Both the position numbers and the translations under genes were made by a program. Below, piece by piece: positions 1-8,794 of a DNA stretch of 64,000 nt. Source of the stretch: Acetivibrionales bacterium (GTDB lineage Bacteria; Bacillota; Clostridia; Acetivibrionales; JBMNNH01); contig JBMNNH010000017.1 in assembly GCA_050953835.1 (NCBI GenBank), positions 11,874 to 75,873 on the forward strand, in the 5' to 3' direction. Position 1 is the first letter of the stretch. Each line of letters opens with the position of its first letter. The notes under the pieces are model-generated. The model was not told the DNA's origin and did no database searches. It saw only the letters and a list, made by a program, of their open reading frames with translations.

Positions 1-2351
1 GTGAACTGGATATTAAGATACTTACTTCCTTTATATATGATTCCGAAGGAAAGGAAATCGCAAAACTCACTGGCGCTGAAAACAAAAACAGGGAGCTTGT
101 ATATCACGATGATACCCCGAAATACTTAAGAGACGCCTTCGTAGCTGTAGAAGATGAGCGTTTTTATGAACACTTTGGCATAGACATAAGAAGAATAGCA
201 AGCGCAGTGCTTGGTGTCCTATCCAAAGGGGATACTACCCACGGAGGAAGTACAATCACACAGCAGGTTGTAAAAAATATTACCGGAAAAACTGAAGTCT
301 CATTAAAAAGGAAAGTGCAGGAGTGGTATAATGCTATTCAACTTGAGAGACGTTATGAGAAATGGCAGATACTGGAGCTCTACATGAATATAATATTTAT
401 GGGGCACGGGTGTTATGGAGTACAGTCTGCCTCAAAACTGTATTTCAACAAGGACGTTGGGGATCTGTCCCTTGCTGAGTGTGCACTCCTTGCGGGAATA
501 ACTAATGCCCCTGCCTTGTACGATCCCTTTACTAAAGAAGGCAAGGAAAATGCAATTAAACGTCAGAAGATTATTCTTAATTTAATGCTTGAACAAGAAA
601 AGATAAGCCAAAAAGAGTATGATCAGGCATTGAAAGAGAAACTAAAATTTACTAAAAGGGATACCTCGGAGGCTGCTGTAATAACACAAACATACTTTGT
701 AGACCAGGTAATCAACGATGTAAAAAACGACCTGATGGAACAAAAAGGGATGTCTGAGGACATGGCTCTAAGGACTATATACAACTATGGGGTCAAGATA
801 TATACAACTCAGGATACAAAAATCCAGAACATAATGGATGAAGTGTTTACTAACGATGAGTATTTCTATCTTGACAATGCTAAGGCTAAGGAAGTAGACG
901 AAACACCCCAGGCAGCAATGGTTATTATTGACCCGTATACAGGGATGGTTAAAGCAATGTATGGCGGGTACGGAGAAAAACAAGGTGCCAGGACCCTCAA
1001 CAGGGCAACCCAGGCAAAAAGGCAGCCTGGCTCAAGTATTAAACCGATTGCCGTATATGGTCCTGCTATTGATCTTGGACTGGTAACTGCAGCAACTGTA
1101 ATAGACGATGTTCCGGTGTACCTGGATCACCAGAATCCTAACCAGGTTTATCCCAGAAACTATGATACCCGTGTGTTTGATGGACTTACTACCATACGGA
1201 ATGCAATTAAAGCTTCAGTTAACGTGGTAGCTGCAAGAGTGTGGAAGGAATATCTGGGGCACGAAAACTCTATGAAGTATCTTAAAAATTTAGGCATAGA
1301 CAGGAGTGAAGGTGTAGATGCCAACACTGTTTCAGTAGCTATGGGAGGCCTAGCGAATGGTGTCAGCCCCATGGAAATGGCTTCGTCATACGTACCTTTT
1401 GTAAACAGAGGGGTATATTTTAAGCCCAGAACCTATACTAAAGTCCTGGACAGCGATGGTAAGGTGCTCCTTGAGAACAAGCCTGATAGCCGTATTGTAT
1501 ATAGCGAAGAAGCTGCCTTTATAATGGTTGACATGATGAAGGAAGTAACCAAAGGCAGGAATTCAACCTATCCGCATTCGGGTACTGCTGTGACCAATAT
1601 CAATATTCAAGACCGTAAAATGCCTGTGGCAGGAAAAACCGGCACAACCAGCGATAATATAGATAAATGGTTTGTAGGCTATACTCCATATTATGTTGCT
1701 GCAACCTGGTACGGATATGATAATAAAATAAAGCCCATTAAACTTGAAAGCGTGGAGTATGCACAGGCTCAGAAAATCTGGAATGCGGTAATGGATAAAG
1801 CCCATGAAGGTCTTGAACCAAAGGATTTTCCAGTGCCTGACAACCTGGTAAAAAAGAATATATGTATTTACTCCGGTAAATTAGCAACTGAGTTATGTAC
1901 CCATGACCCGAGGGGAAACGCTACCAGGGTGGAATACTTTATAAAGGGCACTGAACCAAAATACAATGAATTCTGCGATGTGCATGTTAAAGCTGCTGTT
2001 TGCACCGGAAGCCAGGATATTTGGGGAAGGGACCTTCTTGCCGGACCATACTGCCCTCTCGGATCAATTGTGGAAAAAGTGTTTATACAGAGGCCTCCTG
2101 ACATGGAATATACTCCAAGGAATCCCGATGCCGCATATCCTCAGGACTGGAAATATGAGTTGCCTAAGGGCGAATACTGTACCGTACACGGTCATCCAGG
2201 CTCAGGCTTCCCTGGTTTCGGAACAGGTTTTGAATATGACGATGAAAACCATGATCATATTAATGATACCGAACCTGTTACACCGCCCGGCCGCAATGAA
2301 GATGAGCCGCCTGATCCTAACAATGAATTTGGTGAATTCAGCAGGAATTGA
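1..2351 (+). CDS. Class A penicillin-binding protein (GT51 transglycosylase + transpeptidase), 5' end cut by window edge
   Basis: Frame is open from nt 3. It shows the GT51 motifs EDERFYEH and GGSTITQQ, and the transpeptidase motifs GSSIKP (SxxK) and KTGTT. The C-terminal tail is Cys-rich then acidic. Confidence 0.9.
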   Translation, partial: ELDIKILTSFIYDSEGKEIAKLTGAENKNRELVYHDDTPKYLRDAFVAVEDERFYEHFGIDIRRIASAVLGVLSKGDTTHGGSTITQQVVKNITGKTEVSLKRKVQEWYNAIQLERRYEKWQILELYMNIIFMGHGCYGVQSASKLYFNKDVGDLSLAECALLAGITNAPALYDPFTKEGKENAIKRQKIILNLMLEQEKISQKEYDQALKEKLKFTKRDTSEAAVITQTYFVDQVINDVKNDLMEQKGMSEDMALRTIYNYGVKIYTTQDTKIQNIMDEVFTNDEYFYLDNAKAKEVDETPQAAMVIIDPYTGMVKAMYGGYGEKQGARTLNRATQAKRQPGSSIKPIAVYGPAIDLGLVTAATVIDDVPVYLDHQNPNQVYPRNYDTRVFDGLTTIRNAIKASVNVVAARVWKEYLGHENSMKYLKNLGIDRSEGVDANTVSVAMGGLANGVSPMEMASSYVPFVNRGVYFKPRTYTKVLDSDGKVLLENKPDSRIVYSEEAAFIMVDMMKEVTKGRNSTYPHSGTAVTNINIQDRKMPVAGKTGTTSDNIDKWFVGYTPYYVAATWYGYDNKIKPIKLESVEYAQAQKIWNAVMDKAHEGLEPKDFPVPDNLVKKNICIYSGKLATELCTHDPRGNATRVEYFIKGTEPKYNEFCDVHVKAAVCTGSQDIWGRDLLAGPYCPLGSIVEKVFIQRPPDMEYTPRNPDAAYPQDWKYELPKGEYCTVHGHPGSGFPGFGTGFEYDDENHDHINDTEPVTPPGRNEDEPPDPNNEFGEFSRN

Positions 2352-2353
2352 TG

Positions 2354-3178
2354 TTACTTCTGCCTTTTTGCAGCAAATAGCGTCCCTATTTCCTTGCCAT
2401 TTATTATATCCATGATAATGTCAGGGTCTTTTCCGTTTGCAAGTATCATATCAACACCTGCAGAGTTAACGATTTTTGCTGCTGCGATCTTTGTAACCAT
2501 ACCGCCTCTGCCTGTTTTGGTTCCTGCGCCTCCCGCACACCTCTCTATATCAGGTGTCACTTGCTCAACAAACGGGATTAGTTTAGGTGTGCTGCACTTT
2601 CTAGGATCACTGTCATAAAATCCATCAATATCTGATAGAATTATCAGTAAATCCGCCTTAACCAGAACAGAAACTATTGCTGATAGAGTATCGTTTTCAC
2701 TGAAAACATCATCTTTCCCAATCATTATCTCTTTAACTGAAACTGAGTCATTTTCATTGACAATTGGCACTATGCCCAATTCTAGAAGTGTCTCAAATGT
2801 ATTAATAACATTATTTCTTGCATGGTCATCTTCCAATATTACCTGTGTTAACAGTATTTGCCCAACTACATGCCCATACTCTGAAAAAAACTTACTGTAT
2901 ATATGCATAAGCTCACATTGTCCTACTGCTGCTACCGCTTGCCTTTCACGGACTGATTCAGGCTTTTCCTTCAATTTGAGTTTTCCAACCCCCACCCCAA
3001 TTGCCCCCGATGAAACAAGTATTACTTCCCTTCCCTGATTTGCAAGGTCTGACAAAACCCTTGAAAGTTTGTCTATCCTCGAAAGGTTGGTTTTTCCATT
3101 ATCATAAGTCAGTGTTGAGGTTCCGACCTTAACAACTACTCTTTTTGCATTGCGTAAGTATTCCCTTTTGCTAGACAT
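2354..3178 (-). CDS. proB: Glutamate 5-kinase (short form without PUA domain)
   Basis: VVVKVGTSTLT and LVSSGAIGVG amino-acid kinase motifs. Start chosen at the ATG preceded by GGGGAGA RBS (MSSKREY...); the ORF-track start at 3202 has no RBS. Confidence 0.85.
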   Translation of the reverse strand: MSSKREYLRNAKRVVVKVGTSTLTYDNGKTNLSRIDKLSRVLSDLANQGREVILVSSGAIGVGVGKLKLKEKPESVRERQAVAAVGQCELMHIYSKFFSEYGHVVGQILLTQVILEDDHARNNVINTFETLLELGIVPIVNENDSVSVKEIMIGKDDVFSENDTLSAIVSVLVKADLLIILSDIDGFYDSDPRKCSTPKLIPFVEQVTPDIERCAGGAGTKTGRGGMVTKIAAAKIVNSAGVDMILANGKDPDIIMDIINGKEIGTLFAAKRQK

Positions 3179-3299
3179 AAATATCTCCCCAGATTCATAC
3201 ACATAACCAGTGTTTATTAAAATAATATAGTAACAATTATAATATAATCAAATAATATTTTCTATAGAAATTCTTCACACGGGTAAAAGAAGATATAGT

Positions 3300-4022
3300 T
3301 CATATACTAACCAGCTTTACATCTCCCCATGCTCCTACTTTATCATCCATTATGACTACAATTCCCTCAACCCCTTTTATCCTAGATGCAAATTCTAATG
3401 CATTTTCTATATGGCCAGGGGTTTTCACCATATTGCATGCGGCAGTCGCTACAGCATCAGCAAGAAATGTATCCGGAGAAACCACTACCGCTGCATCTGC
3501 CCTGCCAAAGCTTAATGAATGCCCTACCGTACCTGAGGAGGTACAGATCCCCAGCGGTGTTTTTGCAGGGTCTATTTCCAGGCCAATTTTTTGGTTTAAA
3601 GGCGAATTGCCGGCATAAATCCCAACTCTTCTTAATTTATTGGTTTTTACAAATATGTCTCCTCCGTTTTCAACAATTACTTCATCAGAAAAATTGAGCA
3701 GATGCCTGCCTACCATTTCACTTATAGCACCTGCAACAGAAGCCATTGGTCCAACATCTGCTTGCCGGGAAGCATTACACATCCTTTCAATTATGAATGA
3801 TGCACCTGGCTGCGGGGAAAGGGGTTTTAAGCTGGTTAAAAAATCCGGATATTGCATAATGTACAATTCAATTTGTTTCCGGTACTTCCTTACTGTTTCC
3901 AATGCTGTATCATACAGGTTTCTGTGCGCACCAATCCTGAGGTCGGTTTCACATATACACACATCAAAAAACTGCAGACCGTTACCTTTGAATAAATTCC
4001 TGTATTTCCTTTCCTCATACAT
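3300..4022 (-). CDS. UPF0280 / COG2122 ApbE-like protein (sulfide-assimilation associated in methanogens)
   Basis: GPMASVAGAIS, VENGGDI, VGIYAGNSP and GICTSSGTVGHSLSFGRADAA blocks match the UPF0280 family as I remember it. Confidence 0.75.
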   Translation of the reverse strand: MYEERKYRNLFKGNGLQFFDVCICETDLRIGAHRNLYDTALETVRKYRKQIELYIMQYPDFLTSLKPLSPQPGASFIIERMCNASRQADVGPMASVAGAISEMVGRHLLNFSDEVIVENGGDIFVKTNKLRRVGIYAGNSPLNQKIGLEIDPAKTPLGICTSSGTVGHSLSFGRADAAVVVSPDTFLADAVATAACNMVKTPGHIENALEFASRIKGVEGIVVIMDDKVGAWGDVKLVSI

Positions 4023-4061
4023 TTATTCAATATCCTCCAAATAACCCCGTTCCCCTGTCAC

Positions 4062-4469
4062 CTATGAGCTAACGTTCATTACCCTCAATGGACACGCCTT
4101 TACACACAATCTGCACACCAGGCATTTCTCCTTATCAAAAGTTAAAGCCCATTCTTCCTTATCCAATTCAAGCGCTCCCGAAGGGCATACAGCCGTACAT
4201 GCTCCGCAGTGAATACATTTATCTTCCTGCCAGATTATACTCTTTGTAAAAAGCTTATAGTTTACGCCCTGCTCCTTTACAAACTTTAATCCATCTTCAA
4301 TATTCTTTTCATCACCAATTATATCTATAACTAATTTGCCTACCCTGTTAAAACTGATATCAGCATGCAGTATATTTACCTGAAGGTCGAAATCTTTTAT
4401 CAGATGATAGGTTATAGGTTTAGTTGTCGTTTCTTTGGAGAAATACATGGTTACTTTAATCTTCTTCAT
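4062..4469 (-). CDS. NIL-domain protein fused to a 2x[4Fe-4S] ferredoxin domain
   Basis: N-terminal NIL-like domain. Two CxxCxxCxxxCP motifs (CIHCGACTAVCP, CLVCRLCVKACP). Overlaps the upstream DUF39 gene by 14 nt. Confidence 0.8.
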   Translation of the reverse strand: MKKIKVTMYFSKETTTKPITYHLIKDFDLQVNILHADISFNRVGKLVIDIIGDEKNIEDGLKFVKEQGVNYKLFTKSIIWQEDKCIHCGACTAVCPSGALELDKEEWALTFDKEKCLVCRLCVKACPLRVMNVSS

Positions 4470-5631
4470 TTCCTGCCTCCCTAATCTCCAAGCTATTGGT
4501 TTTACTCTCTAAAGGTAATGATGCCACCGGTGCTGAAAGGAAAAATTCCCCCTTCTTAATCTTCTGTTTCAAAGTCTGTGCAATTTCCCTTGCCACTTTA
4601 ATACTCGAAAGGGGAGCTGTATTAACCATTTTACCATTCAGCTCTATGCTTCCGCTTTTAAGCTCAGCATATGAAACTCTCCCCAAAACAGGCTTGGGGC
4701 CATCAGATACACTGTAATCAACTACATTTGTAAATATTTCACTGTCTTTAACCGCTGTCCTTATCAACATATCTTCATCCAGTATAGGTATTGGGATACC
4801 TACTCCAATAAATATGCTTACCCCATACCCTTCAAACACTGCGGCCCTTATATACTTTGTATCCATCTGTTTAAGATTGCCAATTAATGCAAGAGTACCT
4901 GCCGGTGCAAGCGGCACATTGTTTTCCCCTCTTTTTTGACTGGGATTGTGCTGGGTTCCCTCCCACGCAACATATCCCTCGGCTCCGCCAAGGAATACAC
5001 GTGTGCCTATACCTGTTGTCCTGTACTCAGGGTCATTAAGCAGAGGACTTAGTTGCCCCGAAGTACTGTATGTCACATTGTTACAATGTGGCAGCAATGT
5101 ACCCATATAAGTATATAGTATTCTGTCAGAAGAATTTGTTGCCGCATTATAGTTCTGGTATGCATTCCTGGGATTGAACATATATGCCTGGTTTATGTTG
5201 TTTTTATTTATATATGTCTCGATTTCCTTCCTCGGGTAACAATCTGTTCCATAGGATTCCGCATAAAGCCTGATATCTTTTCCTGCTATCAGATCCTCTA
5301 TAACATGAGCACCACCATACTCCATTCCAGCTGACTCTGAGAGCTCGGTTGCACCAATGTAAGCATCAACTGCTGCAATTCCCGCATATGCTGGAACATC
5401 GTTCAACCATACCTTGCCCATACGTATAGGCGGATTTGAGTGCCCAAAATTTAGAAATGCCCCGCTGGAACACATTGGACCAAAAGTACCGGTAGTAACA
5501 ACATCTACCTCTTTAGCTGCTTGTTTTACTCCTTTTTCTGCAACTATATCTATTATTTCCTCAGCCGTCGCCACCACTATTTTTCCACTCTTAATTTTTT
5601 CATTGATTTCTTCAAAACTCTTATACCCCAT
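4456..5631 (-). CDS. DUF39 / COG1900 homocysteine biosynthesis protein (no CBS domains)
   Basis: 391 aa with family-typical N-terminus (SFEEINEKIKSGKIVVATAEE, VDVVTTGTFGPMCSSGAFLNFGH). RBS AGAGGGGAAG upstream of the ATG. Confidence 0.8.
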   Translation of the reverse strand: MGYKSFEEINEKIKSGKIVVATAEEIIDIVAEKGVKQAAKEVDVVTTGTFGPMCSSGAFLNFGHSNPPIRMGKVWLNDVPAYAGIAAVDAYIGATELSESAGMEYGGAHVIEDLIAGKDIRLYAESYGTDCYPRKEIETYINKNNINQAYMFNPRNAYQNYNAATNSSDRILYTYMGTLLPHCNNVTYSTSGQLSPLLNDPEYRTTGIGTRVFLGGAEGYVAWEGTQHNPSQKRGENNVPLAPAGTLALIGNLKQMDTKYIRAAVFEGYGVSIFIGVGIPIPILDEDMLIRTAVKDSEIFTNVVDYSVSDGPKPVLGRVSYAELKSGSIELNGKMVNTAPLSSIKVAREIAQTLKQKIKKGEFFLSAPVASLPLESKTNSLEIREAGNEED

Positions 5632-5712
5632 TATTTTCTTCCCCTCTTTTGAAATTCACTTATTACAGAAATTATAGTATTTGTTCAACAGTACCCTGTT
5701 AGATTTTCTAAA

Positions 5713-6288
5713 CTAAGTCAGCCACTTGTCCTTAAATATAACAGGTTTATAGCTATCGATATATTCTAAAGCTTTGGATACATTCTCTGCAACATAATAC
5801 AGCTTCCTGCAGTCCAACCTGGCAAACTTCTCCCGAATAATCTGTTCAAACTGCTCAATAAGGTTATTGTAAAAGCCCTTTGCATTCAATACTACTATAG
5901 GCTTATCATGATATTTCAACTGCTTTAGAGTAATAATCTCCAGTAATTCCTCCAGTGTACCATAACCTCCGGGCAACGCAATAAAAGCATCTGACCTGGT
6001 ATCCATTATTGCCTTTCTCTCCCTTAAGCCTGGAGTCTCTATTAACTCATCACAATTCTCATAAACAATACCTTCTATATTCAAAGCCTCCGGAATCACT
6101 CCGATAACCTTTCCACCATGTTTATGGACAGCTCTGGCAGTGGCTCCCATCAAGCCAACCATACCCCCTCCAAAGAGGAGTGCATCACCCCTTAATGCCA
6201 ACTCACAGCCCAGTTCTTCTGCAAGATCAAAGTAATAAGAATCAATACTGCAGCTTGACGAACTGTAAACGCAGATTACCTTGTTCAT
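5713..6288 (-). CDS. LOG family (TIGR00730-type) nucleotide 5'-monophosphate nucleosidase
   Basis: GGGMVGLMG and PGGYGTLEEL motifs. Start taken at MNKVICVY, preceded by GGGAGAGA. Confidence 0.8.
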   Translation of the reverse strand: MNKVICVYSSSSCSIDSYYFDLAEELGCELALRGDALLFGGGMVGLMGATARAVHKHGGKVIGVIPEALNIEGIVYENCDELIETPGLRERKAIMDTRSDAFIALPGGYGTLEELLEIITLKQLKYHDKPIVVLNAKGFYNNLIEQFEQIIREKFARLDCRKLYYVAENVSKALEYIDSYKPVIFKDKWLT

Positions 6289-6327
6289 ACTATCTCTCCC
6301 TAAACTACCGAACATTATTAAATATTA

Positions 6328-6356
6328 ATTATACAACATAAGAAACCGGCGGTCAA
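6328..6356 (-). promoter_or_regulatory. Sigma-A type promoter for the LOG gene (TTGACC-17-TATAAT)
   Basis: On the minus strand, -35 TTGACC lies at 6351-6356 and -10 TATAAT at 6328-6333, with a 17 nt spacer. Confidence 0.45.
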
Positions 6357-6378
6357 AGCCCATTTATTGTAGAGGACA

Positions 6379-6462
6379 CATGTTTTCTGTATGACCTATA
6401 TCATCAAATTGATATTGTGTAGAGGCTATAGAGGCTGCTTAATGAGTCTGATTTGAAACATG
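6379..6462 (+). repeat. Dispersed intergenic repeat, copy A (blocks 1-3)
   Basis: TGTTTTCTGTATGACCT (6381-6397), ATTGTGTAGAGGCTATAGAGGCTGC (6414-6438) and TTAATGAGTCTGATTTGAAAC (6439-6459). These blocks recur at 19.2, 22.8 and 61.4 kb. Confidence 0.7.
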
Positions 6463-6580
6463 CATTCATTCTTAAAGTCAAATCAAACTTGCAGAAAGAA
6501 TCAATTCCAATAAAAATGTAACGATAATACATGATTTTACATAATATAAAGTATTAATATTAACAATGACAGGTGATGAT

Positions 6581-6982
6581 ATGAGCAATAGCAAGGCAGA
6601 CAAGTATAAGATTCTGGAGAACGTTGCAAATGGGATTTATGCAGCCTGTAAAATTCAGGATACATATAAATCCAGACTGCAAAGGAATTCTGAAGCAGCA
6701 GTTATCCAGGATAATATAAGCACGTTAAACCAAATGCTACAAATCCTGGCTGATTACTCCCCTGAAATGCATAGGAACAAGCTTGGAGAGGCTATCAGTA
6801 AAAGCAGCCAATTCAGCAGTGCATATAGAAATCTGAAAAAGCATTTTATTAGCGCCAGGAACCAAAGAATGAATAAAGACCTGATTATTAAAGCAATTAG
6901 CACAGTTAAGCCAATTGTGGACAACCGCAGGAAAGCTGCTCTTGATAAAGCATTGAGAATTAACGAAATACTCAACTCATAG
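6581..6982 (+). CDS. Hypothetical all-helical protein (133 aa)
   Basis: Clean ORF. Start chosen at the ATG after AGGTGA (MSNSKADKYK...). I recognise no family. Confidence 0.5.
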   Translation: MSNSKADKYKILENVANGIYAACKIQDTYKSRLQRNSEAAVIQDNISTLNQMLQILADYSPEMHRNKLGEAISKSSQFSSAYRNLKKHFISARNQRMNKDLIIKAISTVKPIVDNRRKAALDKALRINEILNS

Positions 6983-6988
6983 CCTCTT

Positions 6989-7017
6989 GAAGCCGGCTTT
7001 ATTCTAACGCCGGCTTC
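6989..7017 (+). terminator. GC-rich hairpin between convergent genes (GAAGCCGGC-N11-GCCGGCTTC)
   Basis: Perfect 9 bp stem directly after the stop at 6982. It overlaps the last codons of the minus-strand receiver gene. Confidence 0.5.
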
Positions 7018-7403
7018 TGCTGGTTTTCAGCCAGAATCCTATTAACCCTGGACATAAGTTCATCCTTTTGAACCGGTTTTTTCAGATACCCTGAAACTTC
7101 AAGTTCTTTAGCTTTCAGTACACTTTCTTTATTTGCAAACTCTGACAATATCATGACAGGAATTTCCACGTATTTTCTGCTTGCTTTCAGTGCCTGAATC
7201 AAATCAAATCCATTATCATGCTTTAATTTTATATTAATAATAATTAAATGCACATATTCTCCGTATTCCTCCATAAGGCTGTGCATTCCCAGTCCGTTGG
7301 TAACTTCAACAACACTGGCGCCTTCATTCTCAAGTATAGATTTTATTTCACGCCTGTCAGCATATGAATCATCAATAATCATGACTTTCTTACCAGAGAG
7401 CAT
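6999..7403 (-). CDS. Stand-alone CheY-like receiver domain with Asn at the phospho-acceptor position
   Basis: Receiver fold landmarks are IIDDS (acidic pair), VMILSEF (Thr/Ser position) and YLKKP (Lys). The acceptor position reads LIIINIKLKHDNG where CheY has VISDWNMPNMDG. RBS GGGAGG. Confidence 0.8.
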   Translation of the reverse strand: MLSGKKVMIIDDSYADRREIKSILENEGASVVEVTNGLGMHSLMEEYGEYVHLIIINIKLKHDNGFDLIQALKASRKYVEIPVMILSEFANKESVLKAKELEVSGYLKKPVQKDELMSRVNRILAENQQKPALE

Positions 7404-7614
7404 TGCATTTAACCTCCCATTAAAAGTAAAGTCCTTCTCTCTTTACATTTTATTGGTTAATTTTCATTATTCTATATTATTCCACAGAATTCCTTCTAAT
7501 GTGTTCAATTCTATTGGGTGCATGCATAGAAAATAAGACCAATTGATTTTTTACTTCATTTTTTGCTGATATGTTGGTAAAATAAATAGATAACATTATC
7601 AAAGGTCAGCCAGT

Positions 7615-8190
7615 ATGCTGATGGGGATGGTTCAAATGAGCAGTAAAAAAATAAGCAAGCTTTTAAAAATGTTCTTTGTTTTTTTTAAGATAGGCGCCTT
7701 TACCATTGGGGGAGGTTATGCCATGCTCCCGTTAATAGAAAAGGAAGTTGTCGAAAATCAAAAATGGATTGAGGAAAAAGAAATAATTGATGTTTTTGCA
7801 ATAGTGCAGTCAGTGCCCGGCGTAATTGCAATAAACTCATCTATTTATTTAGGATATAGAATTGCAGGATTGGCTGGTGCACTTGCTGCGGCACTGGGTG
7901 TAATACTTCCGTCTTTTGTCGTAATCCTGATTATAGCTTTTATGTTATTCAGCTTTAATGAAAATATTTATATTCAGAAAGCTTTTGGGGGGATAAGGGC
8001 CGGTGTAACAGCAATGATTGGACTTACTGCCGTGAAACTCGGAAAATCTGTTATTAAAGATAAAGCAGGTGTCATTTTAGCAGCAGCTTCTTTTATAGCA
8101 ATTGTAGTTTTTGATATTCATGCAATTTTTACAATACTGGCAGGCGGGTTGGCAGGATATTTAATTTACGGATTGAGGAAAAAATCATGA
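7615..8190 (+). CDS. Chromate transporter (CHR) family, half-size protein 1
   Basis: FFKIGAFTIGGGYAMLPLIEKE motif with multiple TM segments. Start uncertain (7615 or 7636). Confidence 0.8.
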   Translation: MLMGMVQMSSKKISKLLKMFFVFFKIGAFTIGGGYAMLPLIEKEVVENQKWIEEKEIIDVFAIVQSVPGVIAINSSIYLGYRIAGLAGALAAALGVILPSFVVILIIAFMLFSFNENIYIQKAFGGIRAGVTAMIGLTAVKLGKSVIKDKAGVILAAASFIAIVVFDIHAIFTILAGGLAGYLIYGLRKKS

Positions 8191-8723
8191 TTCTTTTAAA
8201 ATTATTCTGGATGTTTTTTAAAATCGGTTTATTCAGTTTTGGCGGAGGATATGCCATGATACCTCTGATACAAAAGGAACTTGAGATAAACGGCTGGGTT
8301 GATCCTAAAGAATTTGCAGACATAGTGGCTATTTCCCAAATGACTCCTGGGCCAATAGCAGTAAATGCAGCAACATATATTGGAGTCAAGGTTGCCGGAG
8401 TAGCAGGTTCAGCGATTGCTACCCTGGGTGTTTCACTTCCCTCCTTTATTTTAATCATAATAGTAGCAAAGTTTGTTGAGAGATTTAAGGAAAGCCATGC
8501 CATTCAATCTGTATTAAGCGGTATACGCCCCGTAACAATAGGTCTTATAAGCTCAGCTGTTATATTTTTTGCAATGATGTCGATTATCACATCTAATCCC
8601 ATAGCTCTTAATCCAGGTGCTTTGACAATCTTCGCAGTTACCCTTGTATTAGTAAAGAAATTTAAAATACACCCCATTTTAACCATCATTTTATCAGGAA
8701 TAATGGGAATGGTGCTTCTTTAA
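8187..8723 (+). CDS. Chromate transporter (CHR) family, half-size protein 2
   Basis: FFKIGLFSFGGGYAMIPLIQKE motif. ATGA start/stop overlap with the preceding gene. Confidence 0.8.
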   Translation: MILLKLFWMFFKIGLFSFGGGYAMIPLIQKELEINGWVDPKEFADIVAISQMTPGPIAVNAATYIGVKVAGVAGSAIATLGVSLPSFILIIIVAKFVERFKESHAIQSVLSGIRPVTIGLISSAVIFFAMMSIITSNPIALNPGALTIFAVTLVLVKKFKIHPILTIILSGIMGMVLL

Positions 8724-8794
8724 TTTTTAGGATATTATCCACCTTTCCAGGCAAAATTAATAGTAAACATATTTTTCAGTAGGATGGTGCTGTT

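Noticed and set aside
6389-6396. Reading the recurrent GTCATACA motif (minus strand of block 1) as a sigma-E or sigma-K sporulation promoter -10 element (CATACA-T / CATA-N3-TA)
   Set aside because: Positions 7-8 of the -10 consensus fit only in copy D. No matching -35 lies at the required spacing in any copy. The distances to downstream genes are inconsistent, with one copy followed by a terminator and another lying downstream of a gene.
5632-6560. Searched for a SAM riboswitch or T-box leader upstream of the homocysteine cluster and the LOG gene. Likewise searched for a T-box upstream of ilvD (45542-45770).
   Set aside because: No SAM-I core, no T-box AGAGA/GNUGGUACC-type sequence and no specifier-loop architecture is visible. 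The spacers are too short or are occupied by promoter and repeat sequence.
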